64,000 nucleotides of DNA from Phyllosticta citribraziliensis (taxonomy: Eukaryota): the NCBI RefSeq assembly GCF_038025025.1, contig NW_027117353.1, positions 558,001 through 622,000 on the forward strand, in the 5' to 3' direction. This document shows, piece after piece, positions 38,719 through 50,975 of the stretch. A program made the position numbers and the translations under genes. Below the pieces are notes generated by a model. It had not been told where the DNA came from. It made no database searches and worked only from the letters and a program-made list of their open reading frames with translations. Positions within the stretch are counted from its first letter, which is position 1; each line of letters begins with the position of its first letter.

Positions 38719-40790
38719 GGAGGGAGATGTAGGGGATAGGTAGATAGATAGAGAGGGGAGCGGGTCGAGGGAGAGTTGTCTTGTTTGACGTGTTGGCTTT
38801 GATTGTATACCCCTTATCAACGACTGAACGATTTCTTCTCCTGCTTTCATCTACCAGGGGCTGGACGTGGTCGTTGAGGATACGCAATAGAGGAAGTGTA
38901 TGCCTCCATCACGCACTGATGTTGTTGAGCATCATAACCGTCGCCGCCGCCGCCGCAACCATCCTTCTCCTCTTCGCCTGTCAACTCGACTACGAAACGC
39001 GGCGCAAAGCCACCAAAGTGCGTGGAACTGAGAGCGCTGTACCGCGAAATCGAGCCTCCTGTATAGTCTCGCTTGTCAGGCAAGCGACCTCCAGCGTTGT
39101 TCCGCCCAGAAAACGGAGGAGTTGAGGCCTCCTTTCATGTCCATTCAGTCTAGCGGATGGCACATGCGCCGCCAGTGTTGGCGGCAGGCAGCAGCGCGTC
39201 GCGAGCCAACGCTCTGACAGACGGGTTTTGTTTGCTTGTGATTGGGAACAGATAGTTTCGTTGGTATATATCTCCGCTCTTCGCTGCGTCCTGGGTTCTG
39301 CCAGCACATTTCTGGCGTCGGGGGTGGCAGGGAGCAAGTCGATAGCTGGGGAAACACGCACTGTTCCTTTTTTTTTTTTTCGCGCCTCCGTTTTTCGAGT
39401 TGAGTACTGCTGTCTCTCGGGGATTGTTTTGTGGCGTCGACGCTGCGGGGAAAGGCTAGCCTTCAGCGTGATGCAGTGATAGTGACGTGCGCTATCAGAC
39501 AGTCATGCTGCCAATTTCCCAACTTAAAGGGTGCATTCAGGGGCACACCCGTCCACAAAAGTCTATCTGCAGCAGCTCGCGACAGACGCCGCAAAACAAT
39601 CAGAAACAACTACATCGGCAAGAGACACAGTGAATTCTATGTCGATCATTCATCCATGGTCGACTCGTTGCTCTGTTGTGCGATACAACTCAAGCCAGGG
39701 GCAAGAAGCAAGTCTTTTATACCAAAGACCAGCCGCAGCAGCGTCACGGGCGCGGCTTCAGGGGCTCGAGCTCGAGCTCGGCCTCGATCACATGCTCAGC
39801 ACCAACTTCCGCCTTCGCCTTCGTTGTCTCCTGATTCCCTGTCGGGGGTATAAAAGGTGTCGACTCACGACCTGCGTTCTTTCAGTGCAACGGCGAGTTT
39901 GCTCTTACAACAAAACCCGAATTCTGACAGAGGCACTGCAGGTGCACGGATTTGACAGGATTTCTACTTTTTGGCGGGGAGGGAGCGGCGAGTCAGATTT
40001 TTGAACGCGGGATTTCAGGGGCAAGTGAGGAGGGAGCTCTCTGCTGTTGTGAAGTGTTTCTTCATTGCGTGGCGATGTTGATGAACACCAATTGCGCATC
40101 TTTCGGCTTAACAGCACAATTGACAACTGAAAAGCGTGAAGTGTCGAAGTCAGTGCGGCTTAAAAGCTCAAAATGCAAAACCAAGTACACCATGTTGTGG
40201 ACCTCCCTGTCAGAGGAAGCCAGTGTAACGTGTGGTGAAATTGGTTGCTAGAAGTGCTATGGAAAGTTGATGTCCTCGTCCTGCCCGGGGGACGGCAAGC
40301 GTTTCTGTACCCCTGAATTCAGGGGTGCCGGTCAGCGGGGCCGCCACATGCAAGATCGCGCCACGCGCTCGTGCGCTTGGTCGCGTCACTTGATCATGTG
40401 TTTCTTGTGATTGACTGGTGTTGAAAGCGGCTTAGCTTGCTAGTGTGGAAGGAAGGGTGTACAATATGGTCTTCCTGGGTGGAAGATCTGTTCGACGTGG
40501 GTGTCCGTTCCTCTCAAGGATCCTGGAAGCATACCGGACCAATTGAGAACTCTTTGTTGCTTAGAAGACAAACTAGCATTCATTTGTCCGCTACTTGTGG
40601 CCCCCGCAACGCAAATTATTTTGCTTGTCCTGCGGCGACGCGAAGTGGAAAGTTCACATTGATAGACTGCTATTGTTTGTGATTGGAGCCAAATTACCAA
40701 GTACCGTACTCTAGAGTAGGGCAGACTCTCAGTTGAGACTCCATAACTCGAACTCGAACCCCAAATCCCTTTCGATCCCACTTGACCATG

Positions 40791-40960
40791 CATCCATCAA
40801 CAGCACGATCCCATGTAAACTCCAACCGCGAAAGAAAGTCCACCGCCGATCCATCAAGAGCAAAACCTCATGGAAACTCCAACCGTGAAAGAAAGTCCAC
40901 CGCCGATCCATCAAGAGCAAGACTGCAAGTGAACTCCAGTTGTGAAGGAAAATCCACCAC
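40791..40960. repeat. 57-bp tandem repeat, about 3 copies
   Basis: Unit around AACTCCAACCG(C/T)GAAAGAAAGTCCACCGCCGATCCATCAAGAGCAA recurs at 40812, 40869 and 40926 (period 57). Confidence 0.9.
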
Positions 40961-40992
40961 AAAGCCGACTCCAGCCAACCATCCCAAGATTC

Positions 40993-42432
40993 TCAACCTT
41001 GTTTGTAGGCAGCCACCTCCTCCTCTGGCTTCGGAGCGAAGTAAGTCCCCAGGGAGAAGAAAGTAATCTTGTCTCCACAATGCTTTGAGAAGGCGCGCTG
41101 AGCCTTGGAGCTCTGAAATACCCATTGAATGGCCTCCTTGCTGTATCCGCCGATCTCGACGTGCAAGACATCCTCAATCGTGAGTTTGGGGTAGTCGCTC
41201 TCGGGCATGTTATTGAATTTCTGGTTCACGCCTCTCACCATGTTCCCAATCAACAGATCTTTTCTCGCAATCCAGGAAAGATCTTCGTCGAGGTCGTAAG
41301 CCTTCCGTGACAAACACACCACGCGTTTCCACTCGTCTTTCGGCCTGGATCGATCTTCGAACCAGAGGTAAGTGGTACCGGAGCTGAGTTCGTTGAGCAT
41401 AGCGTCAGGAATGAAGACCCGAGTGATGAAGACCTCTTGGTCATTGAACTTGTGCTTGGCCCATTGGGCGAACTTGTGCGCAACTTCTTTCTGCGGCGTG
41501 AAGTACGCGACTTTCTTACGTCCAGAAAAGTCGCCGGGCGCTGTCGAAATCAGTTCGAGTCTGATACTGCCACTTTGGCTGTCCTGCATTGCGAGAGTGG
41601 CATTCTTGTAGCTTGCACGCCATATGATGGTATGGCCCGGAAGGGTTTTCGAGATTTCGGCGTCGGAAACGACAGGCTGAGGTTCCGAGTCTTCTTTCGT
41701 CGCGCTCTGTGCGCTCGATCCAGCGAAGGTCAAAGTGGAGGCAGACGAGGATCCGATGGAGGCGCGTTCTTTCTTGCTCCTCGGGCTCGGCGCGGATGGC
41801 GTTTCTGAGATTGATCCGCTCTTTGGACGTCCGCCCTTCTGCGACCGTTGGCGCAAGGCAAGGGCATGTCGGGCTTCATCTTCCAAGTGCTGGAGAAATT
41901 CAAAGCGCTCTTGGACCACTTCCCGAACCCAGAATTTGGCGGTGCCGGTGCAGCGGATGTCGGCAAATTCGGGCATCATGATAGCATCCTTCAACTCCTG
42001 GTTGATACCAATCCCGTCCAGGCATCCGTTCCAGTCTTCGCTGCCACCTGTGACATCAAGCCCAGAATCCTCAATCCGCATGTATGCGAATTCTTCAAAA
42101 GGGCACTCCCACTCAGAGGCAAGGTCAACAAAGTTGCTCCAGAGCTCCTTTGCCACGCTCTGCTTGAAACCCATGTACTCGTAGGCTTCGATACTGAGAC
42201 GGTCGGGAATGGTGATTGTGTCGACAGGTTGGTTTACTGCGGCGGCCGTGAACACAGCTGATGTAGAGCTGACCGATACTGAAGAAGAGGACGACGAGCT
42301 CGAAGATGAGTTCAGGACGGTCGCTGAAAGGTTTCGCTTGTTGTTGACTGCGGGCGACAGCAGGCCTTCGCGCTCGAGTTGACTGGTCGTTTCGTCTCCC
42401 AAGAAAGGATGGGGGATGCTGACATCAATCAT
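40993..42432 (-). CDS. Hypothetical 479-aa protein with putative DUF3990/ART-like C-terminal domain
   Basis: Long intronless ORF with two globular regions separated by a Ser-rich linker. C-terminal motifs GDFSG....YFT, W..VV...R, DLLIG, QWVF.S.KA. Confidence 0.75.
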   Translation of the reverse strand: MIDVSIPHPFLGDETTSQLEREGLLSPAVNNKRNLSATVLNSSSSSSSSSSVSVSSTSAVFTAAAVNQPVDTITIPDRLSIEAYEYMGFKQSVAKELWSNFVDLASEWECPFEEFAYMRIEDSGLDVTGGSEDWNGCLDGIGINQELKDAIMMPEFADIRCTGTAKFWVREVVQERFEFLQHLEDEARHALALRQRSQKGGRPKSGSISETPSAPSPRSKKERASIGSSSASTLTFAGSSAQSATKEDSEPQPVVSDAEISKTLPGHTIIWRASYKNATLAMQDSQSGSIRLELISTAPGDFSGRKKVAYFTPQKEVAHKFAQWAKHKFNDQEVFITRVFIPDAMLNELSSGTTYLWFEDRSRPKDEWKRVVCLSRKAYDLDEDLSWIARKDLLIGNMVRGVNQKFNNMPESDYPKLTIEDVLHVEIGGYSKEAIQWVFQSSKAQRAFSKHCGDKITFFSLGTYFAPKPEEEVAAYKQG

Positions 42433-43424
42433 GATGGAGATTTTGTATAGGCAAGGAAAAAGTCGTGGTTGCAGTGGTTGTGAAGGTGAGGTAGAGGATG
42501 GAGGGGACAGGAAGAATTGGGGGAGGGTGCCAGTCTTTTAAAGAAGTAAGAAGGCTACATGTGCCTACTCAACCAAGGAATCACCGGGCGCATAACATGA
42601 GTTCGACCACCTCAACGCTAAACAAGGAGGTCGCCTACCAACAGTGGGTGCGCCGCCCATGATAGGAAGCTATGACTCACCGGTGTTCGTTTGCATGTGT
42701 GTTACTCCCCCGCTCACGCAACGCACCCGACTCTTGCGTATAAAAGTCTGCTTGCTTACACACTCCAGACTCCTGATCCTTACCTACCGACAGACTGGTA
42801 AAGCGCAAACTTTTCGAACTGACTTTTGTTTTGCGCGCTGCGTCGAGCTCCCAAACTAAAGGCACACGCGGAATACTACTTGCAGCTACAGTTACAGTGT
42901 AAGCCTTCATCATCTCGACGCAGTGAGCTGCAGCAAGTAGACGCAACGTCGAAGCCCCTAAGCACGACCGCTGCCCCGCCCCCTTAAAGACAGGCCAAAT
43001 CCCAAAGACAAGAAAGGAAGAAAGACAAACAGTCACAAAGTGTGAACACTCCGCACCAGAACAGCACCAATCGAGCATTTCTTGATTGATGTGACCAAGT
43101 GTCTCAATCCTTCCTGGCTATCCGAGCCCAGGAAGGGAGCGATGGGCAGTGAAGAGCGAGAAGGAGAAGCGGTTTATATACCTGCGCTTCGGTCGGCCGG
43201 CTGTCAGTAGCTCGTCAGAAGCTCGATTCACGAGCGCTGGAGCCTGCTCTTCTTGTGCTCGTGCCAGAGGCTGCGCTGGTATAAAACCACTCCTCTTCTC
43301 CCTTCTGTTCAGGAACTCCAAGGCGTAACGCACCACCTTTGAAGTGGAGACCAAAACCGAAAGAACTGGTACACTTGTTGTTATTTTCAGAGACCGAGCC
43401 GTTGACTGTGTCTGGTCTCGGGAC

Positions 43425-43718
43425 ATGCACAACTCACCGACCGGCGTGGCATGGACATCGACAAGTAGCAAGAAGCGAGAAACGAGAAACGAGGTCGAAA
43501 ACGCACAACAGTATGACAGCACAACGACGAAGTCCAGCGCGATACCACAAGAAGCCAACGAGGAGTCGAGCAGACCCGAAGAAAAGAACGCCAAAGAAAG
43601 GAGAGCAAGGAAAGAGTGCGCCGCTCCCCGCACGACTTCGGCCACAAAGAGCGAGAAGAAGTGTATGCTGGGTTGTAGTACTCTTTCCAGAGCTGGGGGA
43701 TTGAGATGTCGGGTGTGA
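43425..43718 (+). CDS. Possible small charged hypothetical protein
   Basis: ATG about 140 nt downstream of GTATAAAA (43279); Lys/Glu/Ser-rich; no other support. Confidence 0.2.
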   Translation: MHNSPTGVAWTSTSSKKRETRNEVENAQQYDSTTTKSSAIPQEANEESSRPEEKNAKERRARKECAAPRTTSATKSEKKCMLGCSTLSRAGGLRCRV

Positions 43719-44031
43719 AGGAGAGATGCGCACTGAAAAGAGGGCGATTTATATGGTTCTACGAAGAGCAGTGTCACAAGCCAGCGGCGGAGCCAAAGAC
43801 GTGTGTAATGCCGTCGACGGGAGTCTGTCTCATGCAATACAACCAAACCCACTCCAACGCCGCATCCCCATGCCCACCACCAATCCTCAACACCAACCCA
43901 AGCAAAGCCAACGAACGTAATTCCCCCATCCCAATCCCAATTCCAATGCCCTTCCGCCTGAAACCTCAAAATGCAAACCCAAACACCGCAACCTTAGCAT
44001 GCAAAAAAACAAAATTCAGAACTTGACAAAT

Positions 44032-44616
44032 TTAAAACCCCTTCTGGCCGCGCTCATCCTGCATCCCGATAACGACGTCAGGCGCCTCGGGATGCTCTTT
44101 CTTGGCGCGCTCCGTGCTGTGCAGCTCGTCGCGGCGCGCGGTTGCGTTGCCGCCGGTGCCGGCGTGGTGTTCGCTGCAGCGATTGACGGCGTTAGTGTGA
44201 GACGAGAGAGGGACAAGACAACGTCAACAAGACATGATGGTGGTAATTGGGAATGTAAGTAGATAGGTGGGCACATACCGCTGCCTCTTCTGCGCATTCT
44301 CGCTCTGGACATCATAGCCATCCTTATCAAGCGGGTGCGCGTCGTCGTCTCTCTGATTCTGGCGCTTGCCGGCCTCGTCTTTGCGGGCGTCGTCTTCTTC
44401 AAGGCTGCGAGCGGCGGCCGCGAAGCATCGTCGAGGGACAACCGAGAAGCATCGTTGAGAAGCAGATGTTGAGGGTGTTGATGCTGTAGCGCGGGACATG
44501 GCATAAGGTGTTGCTGTGATGCAACGCGGACGTGTGAGCAGGGAGGAGGGGCATTTTGTCGCCACGCGGATGTGGCGGTAGAAGGTGAGGAATTCGGAGG
44601 GCGAGGGTTGCGCCAT
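44032..44616 (-). CDS. Small fungal hypothetical protein, possibly mitochondrial
   Basis: Exons 44616-44279 and 44173-44032 (GTATGT...CTAAC...CAG); Arg/Ser-rich N-terminus; C-terminus AKKEHPEAPDVVIGMQDERGQKGF*. Confidence 0.7.
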
Positions 44617-45153
44617 GTTGTGTCGTGTGTGGAGGAATGAGGTTAAATGAGGTAAATGTACGATTCAGCTCAAGACAGACAGTGAAGAGACAGACTGGAC
44701 GAGTTGCAAGGGGAAAATTGTCGACGAATGAATAAGAGGTCGACAGGATTGGAGAAGGGCGGGATGCGGGCAGAGACGACAGCCAGGATGAAAAGGGAAG
44801 GAGACGATGAAATAACGATGACGGGGCTGTGAGCGAGGGATTGACGACCTGACGCCGTGCGCCCTCGATCCGATCAGCCAGTCAGCCAGTCATCGGGTGG
44901 ATGGAAGCAATCCAAACACTGGGTCTGGTCCGGCTGTGCAGGTGTGGGTGGCCGCCATATGATGTCATGGTGGTGAAAGGCGGGGGGACGGGAGTCTGGA
45001 CCCCTGCAACCATCGTCGGATCGCGGGGCTTCACCGCCTGCCTACCGCCCGGCTTTTTCTGCCCGCCATCCGCTCACGCCTGTCGTTGACTTGACTGCAT
45101 CGATTGCGATTCAACACCACAGACAGACAGACAGACAGAAAGCCAGCAGCACC

Positions 45154-45559
45154 ATGGCGACGCCCTCGTCCCCCGACTTCCCCTGCCAGCTGTACGCCCA
45201 CCCCCCCACCTCACCCCCACCATAACCCACAAACTAACCCTCCCCCCTCTTACAGCACCCTCACAATCCCGCTCCCAACACCGACCCTCGCGTCCACCGC
45301 GCACCGCGTCCTAACCATCGACGCGGAACTGTCTCCCCTCGTCCACCGACACCTCTCCATCTCCCCCGCGGCCCCAAATATCCTCGTTGTCCACTACGTC
45401 GCCACCACCAACCGCATGCTGCGCGTCGCCGTCAACGGCTTCTTCGACTCACTGGCCGTCGTGCTGGGCGTTATGCACGAGTGCGATGAAGACGTTGTGC
45501 TGGTGCCGGGAGGGGAGAGCGTGGAGGGGGCGCAGGGCGTTGTGCAGGTTGAGGGGTGA
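45154..45559 (+). CDS. PCC1: EKC/KEOPS complex subunit Pcc1
   Basis: Exons 45154-45191 and 45256-45559; FPCQLTLTIPLPT..LA......L.ID.ELS...V.R, ATTNRMLRVAVNGFFDSL. Confidence 0.88.
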
Positions 45560-46078
45560 AGGTGAGGGGATGCGGGTTTCTTGTTTTGGGGTTTGCGATT
45601 GATTGGGGGCATGGAGGACATGCGGTGCGGCGAGAGTGCTGCGTGGTCAGAGTCGCCTTGTCGCCGCCATCTCGCTGACTAGCGGGCTCTCGAATGAATG
45701 GCGACTGCTGTGTCGGAAGGAACAAAAAGAAGAGCGCGAGGGCGCTTGCGTTTGGCGTTTGGGCGTTGACATATCCTTCGCCGCCACACGCCGCGGACGA
45801 CCTTATGGATACCAAGGATTACAGGAGGGAAAAGGTGATACAGGGATATCGACATCTGGCTGAATTCTGGAGGAGAAATGACATGCACTACGAGACTGAT
45901 GTCGGATTGGCGGCGGCATAAGTTCCACATCACATACCTCACGCACATCACGCAGCAAATGGAGGCTACGTACATGCATGGAGAAGAGATTTTTGTCCAC
46001 TGTATCCAGATCGACCCGTGGTCTGATATGCGCCAAATGCCGTCTATTTCTTCCCAAAGAGCCATCATCCCAGGCTCC

Positions 46079-48622
46079 TCACAACGACTCTTCCCCGCCC
46101 TGTTTTACGCCCTGCTTCGCGCCCCCCGTCTGCTTCATTTCGCTGAGATTCTGCTCCGACTGGCCCTCCGACTCCTCCCCCAGAAGGCCTCGCAGCTCGC
46201 CGGCCACAGTCTCCGCGCCCGCGCCCGTCGTGCCCTCGTAGTGCGTGATGGGCACGCCCAGCGCGCGCTTCGAGTCGTCAATCTGCTCGTGCGCCTTGCG
46301 GATGAAGGCCTTCGTCTGATGCCACTCATTGTGGTAGTAGAATATGCGATAGCTGACGACGACGATCATGGTGCGGCGCATGCCGTTGTGGTAGTTGTCC
46401 AGCAGCATGGGCTTGATGTCGCCGATGATGCGGATTAGGTCCGTGTAGACGGCGGCGAGGCTGCGCTGCCGCGCGCCCACGTCGAACTCGTGCGTCCACT
46501 TCACGTCCTCCTGGGAACGGCGCAGCGACATGCTAATCTGCGTGGCGGCCCGGTCGATGAATGTGGTTGTGGAGTTTATCGTGGAGAGAATCTCCTTGTG
46601 CGTCTTCGCAAATTCTTGGCGCTGGCGCTTCTCCTTCGACGTATCGGCCATGGTGTTGAACCGAGAAATGCCCCGCGAGAGGTATGCGACTCCGCCTGGG
46701 CTAACAGTCATCAGGATCTGGATGAGCGAGTCGGTGACCGGCATGATTTGGTCTCGACGTGTTCGCAGGTCGACTTTTGCATCGCGGTCCAGCGCAATCG
46801 AACTGTCTCGTAATACTACCCAGAATGTATCACACACATATCGTAGAAGTTTGTAGCCTGTCCTTAAAACGGACTGTCCCAAATCGACCAGTTCTGTAGG
46901 CCGAATCTGTCGATGCGTCAGCGCTGTGCCTTGAGTTGGGTCTCGGGTACGCTCAGCTTACACTAGTTCTGTCCAGATCTGAAAAGGGCTCTGCCCTCAA
47001 ATAGGTAAAGGACGCAAATGGAACATCGACCTTTGTCCGAGTCGTCTCCTTGGGATGCTCTTGTAGGGTTGGAAAGTTGGCCTCGTTGATGCTAGTGTTT
47101 GTCCTGAAGCTCATGCCTTCATAAGAAAGGGCCACAAAGCTCATCGAGTAGATGTCCTTTTCGCGAGATTTCACCGGCGGCACCCACTTGGGAGTGCCAT
47201 CTGGCACCACCCCCATGTGGAATCCTTGGCGATATTGAAACAATTGAGGAGCAGGCGAGTTTGTTGACGTGAAGAATTGGACGTGGGTATAATCCGAGTT
47301 GTCAGAGCTGAATTGAGAAATTTCTTCCTCGTTCTTCCTCGGGGTCTGGATCAAGTCGTGGGGATCCAAGGCAAGCAATCCCGCCTTGTCACCCCATCCT
47401 CCACCACCACTCAAGACGCGTTGCAGTTTGGCGCCGTCGAGCACAATTGACTCCCGCAGCGGGAGGTTGTATTCATCAGAGGCTTCTAAGTCGGGCTTGC
47501 TCCACATGATCTCGAGGCCGCTGCGCTGGCTAGGCTCGGCGGACAGAGCGTCCATAAACTTGGCGTTGTGAAATACCAGGCGTGACCGCTCAACGCCAGA
47601 CTCGTCCGTGAGCAATGCCCACACTGGCCTTGGGTGTGGTTGTTGCTCGGTGGTTCTGAAGTAAGATTCGAGATTGGCCTCCAACTCGTGAGACGCAGGG
47701 CGCTGCGAGCCGTCTGGAAGTTCGACTGTGCGCAAAATGTTGCCCAGACTGACTGATATTTTCCGCGGCTCTGTCAGAGGGACGAGCGAGAGATTGAGGA
47801 GCTTGTCTGTTTTCAAGACCCGCTCGTCAAAGTTGTTAAGGAAGCGATGTTCGCTAGCATGGTATGGAATCGAGCAATGCGCCAGCCACTCGTGGTGGGC
47901 CAGGTGCAAATCGCCAGCAGGATCCACAAGGTACTTTGCGTCCAGAAAAGTCTTTTTGCGGCCTGATAGAAAGAGCGTGTTGGCAAGCTTGATGGCGACG
48001 CGGTAATCGGTTAGACCCCAGGCGGGGTTTGTTTTGGATTTGACGTCCTGATGCCACTTGTCCGAAAACTTGAATTCGAGGGTGCCTTCCTCGTCTTGGT
48101 CTGCCTGATCTGGAACTATGACAAGATCTTGTTCACCATCAGGCGTCAGTATCATGTAGGAGAAGCCTTCGGCAATGTGACCGGTCTTGGGAGCGGGCAA
48201 AGCGTCAACGACGGCCGACACGACACGAATGCCGGAAATGCTGGCGCCGAATTGATGTTTAAGAGATCGACCAAAGATCCTGGCGAGCAAGGTCTGCAGG
48301 GTTGAAGTAGGACCAGAAGGAGAAAGCAGTCGGCTAGACAAGGCCGGCGTAAAGAGAAGCACCATCATGGGCTCTTGGGTACTTTCGATTTTGGCAGTTG
48401 CTTGTGGAAAACCGGCCAAAATGGTTTCATCGTTCTGGACAAATTAGCAGAGGCATGGTGAAGAGGCAAATGGCGGGCAAAACGTGCCATGTTTTCGCTT
48501 CCTTGAAGAAGCACAGTGCGACACTGTCGCGGTGTAAACCAGCGACGCTGGAGTCGGCTTGGGAAGCCAGCTCGCCATGATGTGCGCAGTTGTGCCGGCA
48601 GAGCTCTCCGGCTCAGAAGCAT
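46079..48622 (-). CDS. Fungal hypothetical protein with mitochondrial-like presequence, 3 exons
   Basis: Exons 48622-48488, 48434-46962, 46906-46079 join in frame; motifs LANTLF, LGNILR, RVLSGGGGWG.KAGLL.LDP. First intron is GC-AG. Confidence 0.72.
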
Positions 48623-49016
48623 GGTGGGAGTTGGAATTCAGGTTGACATTATTTTGTGGCAGATGAGGTCAGGGCACCGCAGGTCCAGGTCCCGGGCTCC
48701 GTAGATTGGGGCACCATTGCCGGAGATGAGCCGTGAGGGTCCAGCCAGGCGGGTGTCACTACCCACTGCCCTTACGTTGGCTCCCGTCTTCCTCCGCACA
48801 CCACCACTGTCCGCCTCCGCTCCACCTGGCCTGGATACGTACACCATATCGCGCGACCTCTGCCTCTCCCCAGACGGCCAGGACAGCCCCCGCGAGGCTA
48901 AGCTCGCCGCCTATGTCCCCGATTTCTCTCGACTAACTCTCCGCGCCGTCCAGCCGACCTGAGCTTTGGACCTTGAGACTTGCGACCTGTGCTTTTGATT
49001 TGACCAGCGCGACACC

Positions 49017-50193
49017 ATGCGTTCGACACGATCTTTTCGAAGAACCAATCCCATCACCATCATCCTCGCCTGCGTCCTCGGCTTCGGCTTCCTCTACTTT
49101 TTATTCTCGTCGGATTCGGATGGCTCCATCAGCACCCATCAATGGCGCACCTCGGCAGCCAATGCGCTGTCGCCGCCGTCGCTACCTTTCCGCAAGGCCA
49201 AATCGGATGGCCTCCAGTCGGCACCGCCCGTCGTCCACTACCACATGAACAACCTCACGACCACGAGCGACCCCGTCGGACACCGAGAAACGGTCCTCAT
49301 CCTCACGCCAATGGCTCGCTTTTATCAAGAGTATTGGGACAATTTGCTCAAGCTGAGCTATCCGCACGAGCTCATTTCTTTGGGCTTCATACTGCCCAAG
49401 GGGCGCGAGGGCAATGCCGCGACAGCTGCTCTGCAAGAACAGGTGGCCAAGACCCAGAGCGGATCACAAAAGAAACGCTTCGCAAGCGTCACCATTCTAC
49501 GCCAGGACACGGAAAACCCGTTGCATTCACAGGCCGAAGCGGAGCGACACAAGCTGGAGAATCAGAGGGAAAGAAGAGCAGCCATGTCCAAGGCGCGAAA
49601 CTCGCTCCTCTTTACGACACTGGGCCCCACGACGTCGTGGGTGCTCTGGCTAGACTCGGACATTGTCGAGACGCCCCCGACGCTGATTCAAGATCTGGCG
49701 GCGCACGACAAGCCCATCATTGTGCCCAACTGCTTCCAGCGCTACTACAACGAGGACAGCAAGAAGATGGACATTCGACCGTACGACTACAACACGTGGA
49801 TCGACAGCCCGACGGCGCAAAACCTGGCCAAGGGCATGGAAAAGGACGAGATTCTGCTCGAGGGGTATGCGGAGATGGCGACGTATCGGTCGCTCATGGC
49901 GTACATGAAGGACGGAGGCAACTCGATCGACATGAGCAAGGAGATTGAGGTTGATGGAGTGGGAGGCACAGCCCTGCTGGTCAAGGCTGACGTGCATCGA
50001 GACGGAGCCATGTTCCCGCCGTTCGCCTTTTACCACTTGATTGAGACGGAGGGGTTCGCAAAGATGGCGTCGCGGCTGGGGTGGAAGAGCTACGGACTGC
50101 CAAACTATCTGGTAAGTGACGGGGACGAAACGACGAGACGACGGGCGGAGCGAGGGCTAACGCGGAGCGCAGGTGTTCCATTACAACGAATAA
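49017..50193 (+). CDS. MNN9: Mannan polymerase subunit Mnn9 (Anp1/GT62 family)
   Basis: Type II membrane anchor; VLILTPMARFYQEYWDNL, WVLWLDSDIVETP, DGVGGT, HLIETEGFAKMA; intron 50112-50172; ends VFHYNE*. Confidence 0.94.
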
Positions 50194-50975
50194 TCTAGAA
50201 GGACACGGGAGTTCCATTGGGCGGCGTTTTGGGCGCTTGAGGGGGGGATCGGAAGGAATCTAGACGTTTGCAGAGAAATGCAGCAGCATGTTGAAACCAG
50301 AGTGCGTTTGGTGATGAGGCGGGATAAATGTAGGCATGGTAGCTGAGAAGTGAGAGAGGCCGTGCCGGTGCCGGGTTGGGGGGTCGAGGGAGGTCGAGGG
50401 GCGGGCAGTCTAGAAAAAGGGCCTTGCCCGTTACGGCTCAAGAATTTGCTCAGGTGCATCACCACCACGACAGCCCTCGACAGCCCTCGACAGCCCTCCG
50501 GCTCCGTCAAGTCAAGTCGACTCCCGTCGCGCCTCAAAAGTCACGGCCGCCCGCTTGTTGTTCAGCTCAGCTCAGGTCAGGTCACGGCCAACGTGCTCGA
50601 TTCTGCTCTTTGATCCTTACAGCAACTCAACCTTGAGCCTCTTTGTGTCGTTGTCGTCCGTCGCCTTTGTCCCCGCCATACGCCGTCGGCCAGTCTCTTC
50701 ACCTTACCTGGACGGCATCTCCCAAGTCGATCTCGTCTCTACTGCCGCTGTCCGTCCGTCATAAGGTACGTGTCAGCTCCATCGTCTGGTCTCTGCTTGG
50801 CCGTCCGTCGTCGTCGCCGTCGCGTCGTCACCCTCATTCTTCGTTCTCGTCGTCACCGCCATGTCCTTCTCCTCGTCCTCACTGACCAGCAGGGATGCGC
50901 CCCTTTGCAGAGTGACAGGCATTCCAACCTCTGCCCTCATGTGTGCCCTCGTCCTGGTTCCACTCCGCTAGAGAC

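Noticed and set aside
40791..40960. CRISPR-like array
   Set aside because: Contiguous 57-bp tandem units without unique spacers, in a eukaryotic context.
50700..50715. U1 snRNA-like CTTACCTGG
   Set aside because: Lies in the copper-fist gene leader; no U1 stem-loops or Sm site follow.
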